This document shows positions 35,390-47,758 of a stretch of DNA of 64,000 nucleotides, in pieces; the first letter of the stretch is position 1, and every line of letters begins with the position of its first letter. Source of the stretch: Tubulanus polymorphus (Eukaryota > Animalia > Nemertea). A program made the translations under genes and the position numbers. The notes beneath the pieces are model-generated. The model saw only the letters and a program-made list of their open reading frames with translations. It was not told the origin of the DNA and did not search any database. The stretch covers positions 19,289,653 to 19,353,652 of the forward strand of contig NC_134028.1 of assembly GCF_964204645.1 (NCBI RefSeq), written 5' to 3'.

Positions 35390-37480
35390 CAAGAGCCCCA
35401 AGGGGCACAATGGCCAGCCTGTCAGATTTGCTTTTTATAAATGATGTAATCTGTGGGTTATATTTATCAATATACGCTCCCTGCTCAACATCATTTACAT
35501 AGTAAAATCGTGTGTTAACACAGACAGCAGGAACAAATGTAATATAGAAATACTAAGTTATTGTATTGTTCAACGCCCCTGGTGGCCATATACAAAAACC
35601 AATGAGCTTGAAACTCACCAAGATCATAGACCATGTCATGAGCTACAACTTTCCAATTGATTGAGTTAGCAAAATATGCATAGGTACGAATGTAATATAG
35701 AAATACTAAGTTATTGTATTGTTCAACGCCCCCTGGTGGCCATAAACAAAAACCAATGAGCTTGAAACTCATCTCGATCATAGAACATGTCATGAGCTAC
35801 AACTTTCCAATTGATTATAGCAGCAAAATATGCTTAAGTATCAATTATGATGTGGAAAAACTTTTTTTCCACCTACGAATGAGTACTGATGACCCCAAGA
35901 TGGCAGCCAAGTGCGTCATAATTGCCTGGTCAAAAATACCCTCTAGGATATAAAAGATCCCTTTCCAAAGAATACCCATTACAAATTGCAATGAAACATG
36001 GCACACCATTAGAAAGCTACAGTACTCAGAATTCAGGCCAAAATTGACATTTTTGGGAACAAAAAAGGTTACAGTACGGCCATATTGAGTCCAATTGACC
36101 CAATTTTTCTCATGCCGATGGGCCCTTGGGGGATACAAATATATACGAATGATCAAGGTTATTGATAAAAGTGTCTTCAAAATTTCCCTCGAAAACTTCA
36201 AAAATGTGTAAAAAGTGCTGATTTTGGCGAACAACAATGGCTGCCAGTCGGCCATCTTGAATCTGACAGGGCCAGTTTTTGGCCTGAAGATGTGTCTAGG
36301 GTAGATACACGTATAAACCAAATATCAAGACATTACCTTGAAGCGTCTTCAAAACTTTGGATCTCTCACGAACTATCTAGATGGTTATCTCTCGACCTAA
36401 ATAGCTTCAAGAGCCATCTCAAAACAACTTTGTTCCATGCAGCATACCATTAACTCTCGGAAAGCGAATTGTATTTAACATTTTTTTGGCAGAATAAAAT
36501 TTGATTGAATTTGCAATTCGGGCACATGGCTAATTAGCATATCAAGGTCATACACCCGATTTGGTAAAACCTTTTTTTCGCGAACCTTGCGCAATTGTCA
36601 AGGATGAATTTTCTGTAGAGCAAATAAAAATTCCTCCCAAACACCAAATCAACTAAAGATTTCATAGAAATCGATCTTGAAATACAATTTTAAATCTTAA
36701 AATAAAACCCGGAAGTAAAACAGTAGACGATACCGCAGGTTCACGTGAACACCTGATTTCTGTAAACGAAATGTTGGTTGTGACAAAATTGTTCAGACGG
36801 TTTTAGGTGGTAATAAGTAGGCTACGGAAACGTAACGACCATGGTCGACTTATTCGATGAAATCAGGCCTATGTGATATCCAAATTTTGACTTTTTTATT
36901 CTCCAGACCTCCCTGATATAGAAATAAAAAATTTTGGTGGTACGAAAGTGCCGTCACAGCGCCGACGGGGACAGCGCCGTGTCAGAGATCGGCGGAGTGA
37001 AAATTGAGGTGGACGAACACGAAGTAGGCTATTGCGCTACTTGAATCACGAAAATTCCTGGCGCGGCCCCCGACGCTTTTCGTTGATTAAGTAATAAAAA
37101 TATCATGCAATGGGTTTTCACAATCTACCGCTGGTATTTACCGGATTTCAATATCACTCCAAAATTCAAGGAAACCTCGAAATATCGAACTGGAATACTT
37201 CCGGTAGATATCCGCGGCTGCCCAACCGGGAAACTTATTAGTTTCAATAGATATTGATAGGATCCATCATCTTCACCCGTCAAGGGATTCGAACCCACTA
37301 AGCTAAAGCCATGCCAGAATCGGGTCGGGCTAATCACAACGCTTGTAACAAACCACATTAGGCTTCTGTGGAATTTCCCAGTAAATGGGCCAATAAGCGA
37401 ACACGTAGCGAACGCAGAAGTATTGTCGCGTTTAAATTCGCTCCATTTGTATAGTAATAGGCTCAGCCTACGGCTGGCCT
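35390..37480 (-). mobile_element. Non-autonomous Helentron-type element (HINE), family A copy 1
   Basis: AA-CAAGA-GCCCC-AA-GGGGC hairpin plus GGCCAGCC at one end; AGGCT-CAGCC-TAC-GGCTG-GCCT-AA at the other; internal ~151-bp tandem repeat; high identity to 52056-54215. Confidence 0.8.
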
Positions 37481-37495
37481 AATAATTGCGAAAGT

Positions 37496-37870
37496 ATGAA
37501 CAATCTCATAAAACTATCGACGAATTGGAAAATTTTGAAAATTCCTGATCTCATTGAGCGCCTGAATAGTATAGTAGATCTGCAGTATGCAGATACTCGC
37601 CGAGCCTTACACGGTCAAGAAAACTACCAAGTTTCGCCTCATTTGAGCAAACACGTCGTTTCGCATGTAGTATGGTGTAAAAAATCGAAGGAAGAAAAGG
37701 ATGCGATCATGAATACATTTTTCAGTGTAAAATCAAAAACCAAATCGATCGAAAAAGTTATCAAGTCCAGTGACGGAAAATTGAATATCCCGAAAACCGC
37801 AAAAGTAGCGAAGAAACCAGGGCAATTAAAGCGTTCAAGAGCGACGAGATCAATTACAATAAAAAAGCAT
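37496..37870 (+). pseudogene. C-terminal fragment of a MULE-type transposase
   Basis: N..IK..TNWK..KIPDLIERL..IV.LQY.D.RRALHG..NY motif, lying within the MULE TIRs. Confidence 0.6.
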
Positions 37871-40800
37871 AACTTGACACATACATTCTTATTGTCATAT
37901 CAATTTTCATGGATATTTGTATCAACTAGTATATATAAATTTAATTTTCTAGTTAATTTTTCATTTGTTTATTTTGTATAAAATCTTATATTTGTATCAA
38001 TGTATAATTATTCTAAAATAAGATCGATTACTTTGCCTGGCTTTCAATGTACATTACAGTTCGAAAAAAGTTGAATAAATTGTGTTTCCTATTCATGTAA
38101 ATATCAATTTTGTCAGTCATTTACCTTGTATAAATTTTTCAAAGTTTCTTTTTTTCATTAGATTATTTTGCCTTTTAAAAGTTGAATAAATGGGCCGGAA
38201 TAAATTGTTTACCAGGGATTGCGTTTCCTATTTATGTAAATATCAATTTTGTCAGTCATTTACCCTGTGTAGTGTATTTGTATATTGTTATTTTCAATTT
38301 TGCCTTTATCTTAATTTCGGCGTACTCTTAATGTATAAGCTTGAGTTGATTTCTCAAATTGTGAATAAACAACATTTAGTATTTTCAAGAGTCGTTTCAA
38401 ATTTGCTTTCCTTTTCTGCCTTCAAGATTCACTCTTCATGACGATGTCTGACGGTCCTCGTGACGGTGTCTGACGGCTCCTGACGGTGTCTGACGGTTTC
38501 TGGCGGTTCCTGACGGTGACTGACGGCTCCTGACGGTGTTTAGTATGACCGAAATTCTACGCTCCCGAAAAAAGAGAAAAAACGAGTGATCGGAAAGAGA
38601 TGTGCTGTTTGGGCATGCGGGAATACCAATGCTAATTCAGGATTGGGCATTCATGGTTTCCCAGATTGCGAGAAATCACCTGTGCGGTGTGTAGCATTAT
38701 CAAACACACTCGAGCAGATCTCACCTATACGAAAACCCGATCATTCGTATGTACTGACCACTTCGATGACGAGCAATGCAACCGAAATATATAATGATGA
38801 AGGAAATAAACCCGACTGGGCGATTTCAGTGGCTTCTTGAGCCAGGTGCTGTGCCATCCATTGCTAGAATGCCAAAGAAGCCAGTACACAGTATTCCTGT
38901 TCCATCAACGTCAGTATTAGCAGCGCGGCGGCAACGAGGGCCGGAATCAACCACTAGTAGGCCTACTCAATCAGAAAATATGTCAGATTGGACAGCTGCC
39001 GAAAAAAGGACACGGAAAAGGGTAATTATCTTATTCTTAATATGTTCGTAAATCTTTTTACCCTATTTCCATTTTTGTTTGTTTGATCAGGGTATTCATT
39101 TCATGTCCCGGTGCCGGTGTGACATTATCTGCCCAATAAATAAATTTGAATTTGACTTGACAAGCCACTCATGACTCAGTTGGCGGTCCCGGCGTAGTTT
39201 GCGAAAAGGACAACTATGGTATATTAATTCACTAAATATTGACCCCATAGGCACATGTGGTTACGCCAGGGTAAACTTAGATCAGTGGTATGTGTATTTG
39301 AACAGCTTAGGAAGACTTAGTCGAGTGATATCAATTGTCTAGGCCTACTTACTACAAAACAATTCAATCCAATTAAATTTATTTCATCCGAGCAGTAGGC
39401 CTAATACAAGTTACACGATTCTGGAGGGTCCCCAAGCTACTACACACCCCATGGCCGAACTCTGTGCCAAAAAGAATGAACGCAAATTGATATTCTACTT
39501 ATAATTTACATTTAGCGGGATAGAGAGTATGAACGATGAAGTCACTACTGATCCTCATTTGTGATTTCTCAGATTTTCTCAGTCTCGCTCTGTATCATTA
39601 TGATTCCTTTGCTCAAAAGATGTTATGCATGTTGTATTTTGGCGCTACAACGTATACGACCAGAGCCAATGCTGTCATTGATGATTTATGTCACGATCGA
39701 TATTGAGTGATTTTTGATTGTCATACTTATTTCAGCTCGCCAATGATGCAATATCAGACGATACGTATGATGATAGAGAATTTCTTATGCATCAAGAGTC
39801 TGAAGCAGCTGAAGATGAAGGTGCTGGTGAAATCCATCATCAAGACCTTGATACAGTTCAGGTTAGTTTTGCTGCCCATATGATTGTCGATACTGAATTT
39901 TTCAAATGACTCCGACACTATTGGCTTATCAAAATCCATATCGAAATCAAGTTCGTATAATAAAACATGCTGTTTTAACCCTAAAAGGACATTATCAGTA
40001 ACCTCATTAAATAATTAAGGCCTACTATTATTTGTTTTGACTGAGAAATGTAAATCAATCGAAAATCTTATTTGTGTTATATTTCTAGGAAGTAGGCCCA
40101 CTATAGGCCTATCACTCTTGGGTTGCAGTTTTAGCTGTCCGGTGAAGCCTTGACAAAGCCTATGTAACGCGAATTAAATCATCTCTTTTTAGACCCACAG
40201 TAACAAGTCTGCTCAGGCAAACTTGAGGCCTCGACATAGATCGGCGGCCATTCAAGTGAATAGAAGACACAAAACGTTCGATAGAGGTATGTTCTAATGC
40301 TTTTATTCATTAGCAATGAGTTATGTTGATGTATTATATGGTAGTTATTGGGATTTTTTTAATTATAGGGACTCAGACTGGTTCTCTGGTGATTGAAGTT
40401 CAAGAATCAGGATCATTGGATGTAGTCAATGCAGGTAAATAGACTCAGTTTCTCCTTCTGTGTTTGTGTGTTATCAATCATACAAAATTATTCATTGAAG
40501 AGAATTTACAGGTTGAAAGCAATATTTTACTGATCAGATTTCTTATAAATAAGTGTTTTCTTTTGTCGATTCAGGCTTGAAGAAAAAGATTTTAAAGATC
40601 GGAAAAGAAAAAGATTGCGGTATAATGAATGAATGGTGCCGGTCCATGATAAATCACCTTTACTGGTGTGCCGCTTCCACCCCGGATGGAGACAAAGATG
40701 TGATGCTGGCCAAGTGGCTCTCCCTGGAAAACCACTTACACAACAAACATGAGGGCCATAGTGACATTTTCCCTTCATGCGGCCACGATAAGCTGATGAT

Positions 40801-41674
40801 AAGCTGAAGGACATGAAAAGCACAAAAAATGGATTGAACCAGGTAATCTATAGGAATATGTAGCAATAGTGATGTAGGATCAAGCTTAGATTGAATTTCT
40901 TCAGTCAGATCTGTGTTGGATATTTACCACAGATATATCACTTTTCCAGGATCGAAAGTATCAGTTCCTGTATCAGCCTTGATCGACAATACAATGTTCA
41001 AGACAGCTGTGAGGCAGATGTCAACTGGTGAACAGACTTCAAGTTTGGAGGCTTACCATAGCTTAATTTTACATTTTGCCCCCAAGATGATTGGCTTTGG
41101 ATTTCATGGATTGGCCTCTTGGTAAGTAAAGGACCATATAAAGTTAATATATTTGGTTTTTTCCCAATCAATTCAAATGTTTTTTGGTGAAGCCCAATCA
41201 ATTCAAATGTTTTTAGTGAAGATCTTACTTCTCCATTAATATGAAAAAAAATTTTCAGTCTCGTTCTAGCAGCTCTACATTATAATGAGAATGGCGATAA
41301 AGAGCAGGCTGTGACCGAGGAAGGAGTGCTCCGTTGGGCTGTGCCTTTTACCAAAGCGAAGAGTGGAGGGTATTCAGTTAGGCCAATAAAGAAAGCAAGC
41401 ACCCATGGTAAGTCCTGATGAAATGTGCCTTTATCTTTTTGGATAATAACAATTGTGACATTCAGTGTATATCTTTTTATCTACAGGTTATGTAAAAAAG
41501 CTGCTTCATGAGGTGCAGAAACGGTGCATTAACAAGCCTCTTCCTACTTTAGAGGCCAAGGTTCCGCCGTCGCTCTGTAGCACATATACTCGCCCTGTGA
41601 AGGATGTTACTGTGAGGGAGTATTCGGAAAGATATCAGCGCTACACGAAAGCTCTTTACACACAGTCTGAGCTG

Positions 41675-41802
41675 AAATCTCAGGAGTCGATCGGAAAATC
41701 GTCAAAATCGAAAACTCAGGAGTCAAACGAAAACCGTCGAAATCGAAAACTCAGGAGTCGCACGAAAAACCGTCGAAACCGAAAACTCAGAGGAGTCGAA
41801 CG
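41675..41802. repeat. ~35-bp tandem repeat, about 3.5 copies
   Basis: AAAACTCAGGAGTCG..CGAAAACCGTCGAAATCG repeated. Confidence 0.85.
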
Positions 41803-42010
41803 AAGCACCATCTGTTCGAAGGTCGAATCGAATTTCATCAAGGAAAAAATGAAGCTCAAATGAGGAACCGGCACACCACAGCGCTCGCCAGATAGCGCGC
41901 AAGTCAACGACGACTCGGCTAACCGGGAAGCGATTCACGTTTTCAATTGTACTCAAGTGAATCAGGCAACAAAAGGACAATATATCACGGTATTACATTC
42001 AAATTTGACA

Positions 42011-42594
42011 ATGCCAGGTCATTGCTGTGTGCCTCAATGCCTTGGAAAAGGAGGACACCGTTTTCCACGCAATAAATCATCAAAAATGAGATGGATTCAA
42101 GCCGTGAAACGCGGAGAGCATGGTTGGTCGCCTAAACCGTGGACAACTGTGTGTACATCACACTTTGAATCTAACGATTACGTGACGGAAACTGTAGAAA
42201 GTAAGTTAATCTTTGGAAAGAATGTAAGAATTAATTTTCCTTAATGAGGCCACTGTTCACTGCTTCAGAGCTATTTAGCATCATTGCTTGCTGTGTGTAT
42301 TTTCTTTGGCCATGTGCCAAATAATCAGCACTTCAGAGAGTAATTCTTCAGAATAATGACCCATTTTCTTAAATTTTTAACTTGCAGATGATAAACCTCT
42401 GATTCAAAGACTTAAAAAAGATGTAGTACCCCATATATCTGCTTGGACAAAAAGAAAGCCAGCCTGGAATGAAGAACGAACTGAAAGAGCCAAGAAGCGT
42501 AAAACTGAATTATTTCCTCCACTTAGGGTATGGGATAATGTTGGGGCATGCATAGAATTGACCTCGGAAAACACTGAAGATTCAAATGATAAAG
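42011..42594 (+). pseudogene. THAP-domain N-terminal exons of the ISL2EU-like transposase; DDE part missing
   Basis: MPGHCCVPQC...HRFP......RWIQAV.R...W.P....VCTSHF; second exon from ~42388 RLKKDVVPHI. Confidence 0.8.
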
Positions 42595-43073
42595 GTGAGT
42601 CTGAGCATAGCTACAATAATTTATGTTGATACAAAAAAAGTGATGCTTATCAAAACTAGGTGGGGGATTTAACATTATTCAAATAGGGCCTATACAAAAT
42701 ACACTGATTATTATAACAGTTATAATCACAAGTACTTCATATTTATTGTATAACAACTTATCAATGACAAGACTTGAATTCATATAATTATTCATACAAA
42801 ATGCAATGATCAAATTCAAATGCAAATTCACCATTGTTTTAATTTAAGTGCCCCCTGTTTGTCTTTTTACTACTGATTTCAAGTTCTAATTTATATTTAT
42901 ACTCACTATTGTTGTTTATAATTACCCCTTAGTTTGCTTCCCATTAATCTATTTTAGCGTGTAACTGATTCTACGTTAATTTTCCTTTAGTTTGTATCAT
43001 CTCTGGTTACTTGAATTAGTCTCTTTGTCTCTGGATTGTATATATATCTCATAATTTTTGTAGTTTCTCATTA

Positions 43074-43113
43074 TTCCTGAAGATGACTATTAGGATATAG
43101 TCGAAACGTTGAA
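43074..43113 (+). ncRNA. Minimal hammerhead ribozyme motif
   Basis: TTC-CTGAAGA-T-GACTAT-TAGGAT-ATAGTC-GAAAC-GTT-GAA, with AATAAA immediately after. Confidence 0.72.
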
Positions 43114-43214
43114 ATAAACTACTATCTGGAAGTTTCATTTTCGGACTTTTTCGTTATAATTGTGGGATTCTCTCTACATCGCGTCAACACCGATATAGTG
43201 TGCTATCAATCGTG

Positions 43215-44822
43215 ATACCCATTACAAATTGCAATGAAAAATGGCACACCATTAGAAAGCTACAGGACTCAGAATTCAGGCCAAAATTGACATTTTTGGG
43301 AACAAAAAAGGTCACAGGACGGCCATCTTGAATCCGATCGACCCAATTTTTCTCATGCCGATGGGCCCTCGGGGGATACAAATATATACGAATGATCAAG
43401 GTTATTGTTAAAAGTGTCTTCAAAATTTCCCTCGAAAACTTCAAAAATGTGTAAAAAGTGCTGATTTTGGCGAACAACAATGGCTGCCAGTCAGCCATCT
43501 TGAATCTGACAGGGCCAGTTTTTGGCCTGAAGATGTGTCTAGGGTAGATACACGTATAAACCAAATATCAAGACATTACCTTGAAGCGTCTTCAAAACTT
43601 TGGAACTCTCACGAACTATCTAGATGGTTATCTCTCGACCTCAATAGCTTCAAGACCCATCTCAAAACAACTTTGTTCCATGCAGCATACCATTAACTTT
43701 CGGAAAGCAAATTGGATTGATCATTTTTTTGGCAGAATAAAATTTGATTGAATTTGCAATTCGAGCACATGGCTAATTAGCATATCAAGGTCATACATCC
43801 GATTTGGTAAAACCTATTTTTTCGCAAACCTTGCGCAATTGTCAAGGATGAATTTTCTGTAGAGCAAATAAAAATTCCTCCCTAACACCAAATCAACTAA
43901 AGATTTCATAGAAAGCGATCTGGAAATACAATTTTAAATCTTAAAATAAAACCCGGAAGTAAAACAATAGACGATACCGCGGGTTCAGGTGAACAACTGA
44001 TTTCTGTAAACGAAATGTTGGTTGTGACAAAATTGTTCAGACGGTTTTAGGTGATAATTAGTACGGAAAACGTAACGACCATGGTCGACTTATTCGATGA
44101 AATCAGGCCTATGTGACATCCAAATTTTGACTTTTTTATTCTCCAGACCTCCCTGATATAGAAATAAAAAATTTTGGCGGTACGAAAGTGCTATCACAGC
44201 GCCGACGGCGACAGAGCCATGTCAGAGATCGGCGGAGTGAAAATTGAGGTGGACGAACACGAAGAAGTAGGCTATTGCGCTACTTGAATCGTGAAAACTC
44301 CTGGCGCGGCCCGACGCTTTTCGTTGATTAGGTAATACAAATATCATGCAATGGGTTTTCACAATCTATCGCCGGTATTTACCGGATTTCAATATCACTC
44401 CAAAATTCAAAGAAACCTCGATATATCGAACCGGAACACTTCCGGTAGATATCCGCGGCTGCCAACCGGGAAACTACTCGGAAGTATTGTCGCGTGTTGA
44501 TACATGACGTCATGCGCAAAAGCACCAGTAATGAAATCACGATAATTCACGTGAACAGCTGCTGATATTTTCAGATAAACCAATCACAGGGAAGACACAA
44601 CTTCCTGATTGGCTGATAAAAATTGAAATTTTCCCGATTTAACTTTCGTGAAAATTGCAGAAAACATTTTCATGAAACCCTATTTCAAAATTCTGCTCGC
44701 TACGATTCCGAGAATGGATTACGCTTAAATACGTGATTTGTTCGAATATGCCCTCACTTGGCAAGCAAAAGAGCCTTATGTGTGGAAACCATGTCATTTA
44801 AATTCGCCTAAAAATCTGGCCT
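43215..44822 (-). mobile_element. HINE family A copy 2, truncated
   Basis: High identity to 35970-37233 and 53849-54176; lacks the CAAGAG hairpin end. Confidence 0.85.
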
Positions 44823-44918
44823 AAAAATCTATTGTTCCTCTGGATGCATAATTAAAGATATAAATAAATTTGAAATGCAAAATGTATGTCACTAAAGAGT
44901 TTATACAATAAAGTTTAT

Positions 44919-46409
44919 TCAAAAATTGTACAATCTTGTGTTCTTGTAAAAATATTTTTTTATAAGAGCATTTCGGAAATATTTGAGATAAAATCGATCC
45001 AGCAAAGATAACATTGAAGAAATGAAACTCTCATCATATGGGACATCTATGAACTGGATGTCTTTGAATGTGTACACAATAAATTTCGTCAGCGTTTTGT
45101 CGGAGCAATATATTTGTCCTTGTACCTGATAGTAATACGGATGAGTTTTACTCAGGTTGAAAAAAGTTCCTGACTTCGAAAGATACGGCACTGTTGTTTC
45201 ATTGATGTGAAAATTGCGAGCTGAATATGGACATTTCACCTCGATTAGAGTGTCCCCATCAATAACGCCATCCGGACTAGCTGCAAGCATCGGTTTCTGT
45301 TTCGATACAAACAAACCACATTTATCAACATTGAATCCAGTCATTTTTTCGAATTTCCGAATAGCTATTTTATCAAATTTCTTTCCATGCTGTAAAGCAT
45401 TGCTATTTATATCAGTTGAAGACATCATATTTTTCAATAATGCCTCCACGTCTCTCCGCTCAGTAATCTTACAAATAGTTCCGAAATTCGACGCAGTGAT
45501 CCTCTTTTGGCGCTCGGCTTTCCATAATTTAGAATCACTCTGAGCCTTTGTATTCGTTTTGATTTCTGCAATTTCACAGTCCGTGATGGATGAAACTTGA
45601 AAAAAAAAACAAAATTATGTTACATGTGCATGTTCAATGTTTTAACAATAAAAAGCTGTAATTGAATGAAATATCACCTTGGATTTAACAAGAAAGTCTT
45701 CTTCCATTGATAATTTGGAGTAGTCGTGATCCATCGCTAAAGATTCGATATCAACTGGTGGAAAAAGTTGCATTATAGGCCTCCTAGTTCCATCCTGAAA
45801 TCAACAAAAGAATCTGTTGTACATGAGACTAATGAGACTAGTGTATATAAAAATGTTTTCACAAAGCAGGGATTAACGTAAAAACCAACCTGAATATTTA
45901 TAACCAAATTTCTCAATCGGTCAGTTTTTCCTGGAATATTTCTCAGTTTAATGGGGCGTGGGTCATATATCAGGGTTTTCGACTTTCCTCTGACTTCTCC
46001 AACTGTCTGGTTTTCACTGGACTGCCTTTATGCGGTTTAGACTGATGAAATTTCTGAAGCACCTTGAACAAAATAAATTATAATTAGATTTCAAAACTCA
46101 TAAGGCACACACTGTTTCAGGGTATCTATGTCTGAACTCACTTGAGTACAGGTTACTTCAGTCAATATAGTCCAAGTTTTCTTAAAGGACGCTACACCGT
46201 AAAAAACAGTCACAACATGTTTACAGTGTGCTGTAGGGCCTTGGCCGATATTAACCTCAAAGCAAACCCAGAAGAACCCAAAACTGAAAATCTTACCGAT
46301 CAACAAGACTTTTTTTCTTGCCTGACACCATCAATCCTCTCTCACGACATTTATTTTTCAATTCTTGAAATGTTAATGAACTATATGGTGAAGTTTGACC
46401 ACTTTCCAT
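44919..46409 (-). pseudogene. SAP - SWIM - YqaJ (lambda exonuclease-like PD-D/ExK) multi-exon gene, partly deleted
   Basis: SAP-like YSSLTFQELKNKCRERGLMVSGKK from the ATG at 46409; G.GPTAHCKHV (SWIM end); last exon W..ERQKRITASNFG, CGLFV, LAASPDG, IEVKCPY, YYYQVQGQ. Confidence 0.82.
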
Positions 46410-46638
46410 TGCTATTTAGCGTAGTTTTAGTGTAATTTAATTTTCATTTGAACTAGTGATAACTTGCTAGACAAAGCAATCGGATGTCTCCCTTGACAGT
46501 GGCGCCGCAAGTGGTAGTAGTTCTGCCGGTTCCTCATTGACAATTAATACGTATTCTGTACATTATATTCATATTACAATCTATATTTATATACACATAT
46601 TTACAAGTCTGATTATATACATAGTTTCAATGAATATC

Positions 46639-47758
46639 TCAAGTTATCTGATCCAAATCTGGGTACTTGAATGCAACATTGTCGCCGATTGCCGGAAACG
46701 TCTGTCGAATTACTTCCAGGGCACATGCTGGTAATGGAACACGGTTATTTTTCCCGAGGAACCCCCAGCACAAACGAACTAGCTGGCGATATGCCACATA
46801 ACGATATTTCCTGCAATTGAGAATGTACAGATCATGAACCAAATGTGAAGTTTTTTTAACATTCAAAACAGTATCGTATTCCAGAAAAAGCTATTAAATT
46901 TATTTTTTATGTGAAATTTATTTAATTATTTCATTTATGATTGTTATGTCAACAGTTATGTATTGATTAAAGTCACCTTGAATTATAACTTACTCATTTA
47001 TTTCTCCATCTACTTGGGCTCTGTATTGCTGTCTCTATTGATAATACACAGTCTCCAGCACCCAGATGTCGAGACAGTTTGAACGAAACCCCGGATGGCA
47101 AGTGATGCACTTTTCAATCCTTGCAAGGATTGGGCCCTTCTCGTTGCAGCAGGCATTTTCCTCTGGAGTCTCCATTATTTCACAACATTGACAGTCGCAC
47201 CTGTTAATAATAATATTTCAAATTTAAGATTGACTTATAGGAAGTCTTTGACATACTTATTCACGAAGGAGTGAAGGGAAAGAGAAAAGCGGACAGTTAA
47301 TATGTTCAAATTGGAAGGGAGGACTTAATCGGAGTGAACATGTGATTTTTAAAGATCAATAAAGTAAATTGAATTTACGTTCGTGTAAACAAAAACATTG
47401 TCATCGCGTGCAGTGAATCCAGTTAAATTTCATCCCCACCAACCATAAATGTAGACCATGCTTAATGAAAATACAGTACGTATACAATATAACGGTACGA
47501 CCTCAAATCTACCTACCAATCGGTGGTTTCCATCCGCTGACGCCAAATATCATCGATTTCTTCACCATCGCTGTTGTTCGTCACATCATCGCTCGATTCA
47601 CGCGTATTTTTTTCGGCCATCGGTTCAAATTGATACCCCAGTATCGTAGCACGAATTGGGCCACCATATCCATCATCATAACTCTCTTCACCCGATGAAT
47701 TACTATCGCAAATATGGATTGAATCTACTTCGCTACTGTCGCTATAATACTCAGCCAT
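46639..47758 (-). pseudogene. KolX / P2X7 C-terminal ballast-like zinc-binding protein, 3 exons (47758-47517, 47200-46994, 46810-46639), one nonsense codon
   Basis: Phase-consistent GT-AG introns give YQFEP...WCDCQCCEIMETPEENACC...CITCHPGFRSNCLDIWVL...EKYRYVAYRQLVRLCWGFLGKNNRVPLPAC...IRQTFP; TAG at 47037-47035. Confidence 0.85.

Larger units (their letters stand above)
34906..38551 (+). mobile_element. Mutator-like (MULE) element with tandem subterminal repeats
   Basis: TIR GGTCATACTAAACACCGTCAG / CTGACGGTGTTTAGTATGACC; arrays of ~10-bp ACCGTCAG units at both ends; TSD AAATTCTA at 34898-34905 and 38552-38559. Confidence 0.85.
34878..41660 (+). pseudogene. Kolobok THAP-DDE transposase, multi-exon, interrupted and internally deleted
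   Basis: THAP (CAVWACGN..HGFP...LEPGAVPSI); C-terminal exons WCRSMINHLYWCAAST (40575-40842), QTSSLEAYHSLILHFAPK (40951-41122), LAALHYNEN (41259-41408) and GYVKKL (from 41488) with GT/AG borders. Central catalytic part not seen. Confidence 0.78.
41862..46535. mobile_element. ISL2EU-like (PIF/Harbinger-related) element nested in the Kolobok
   Basis: TIR GAGGAACCGGCA / TGCCGGTTCCTC flanked by AT on both sides; convergent THAP gene and YqaJ exonuclease gene. Confidence 0.8.

Noticed and set aside
35845-36321. Recurrent 126-158 aa ORFs (also 43184-43564, 52610-52831) as a gene family
   Set aside because: They lie inside HINE copies, break at different positions and have no recognisable domain.
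37283-37300. B-box-like GGTTCGAATCCC on the minus strand as a tRNA
   Set aside because: No cloverleaf or A-box seen; the site is inside a HINE and altered in copy 3.
44919-46409. YqaJ nuclease as a third gene of the Kolobok or as a phage gene
   Set aside because: It has spliceosomal introns and is enclosed by separate TIRs at 41862 and 46535.
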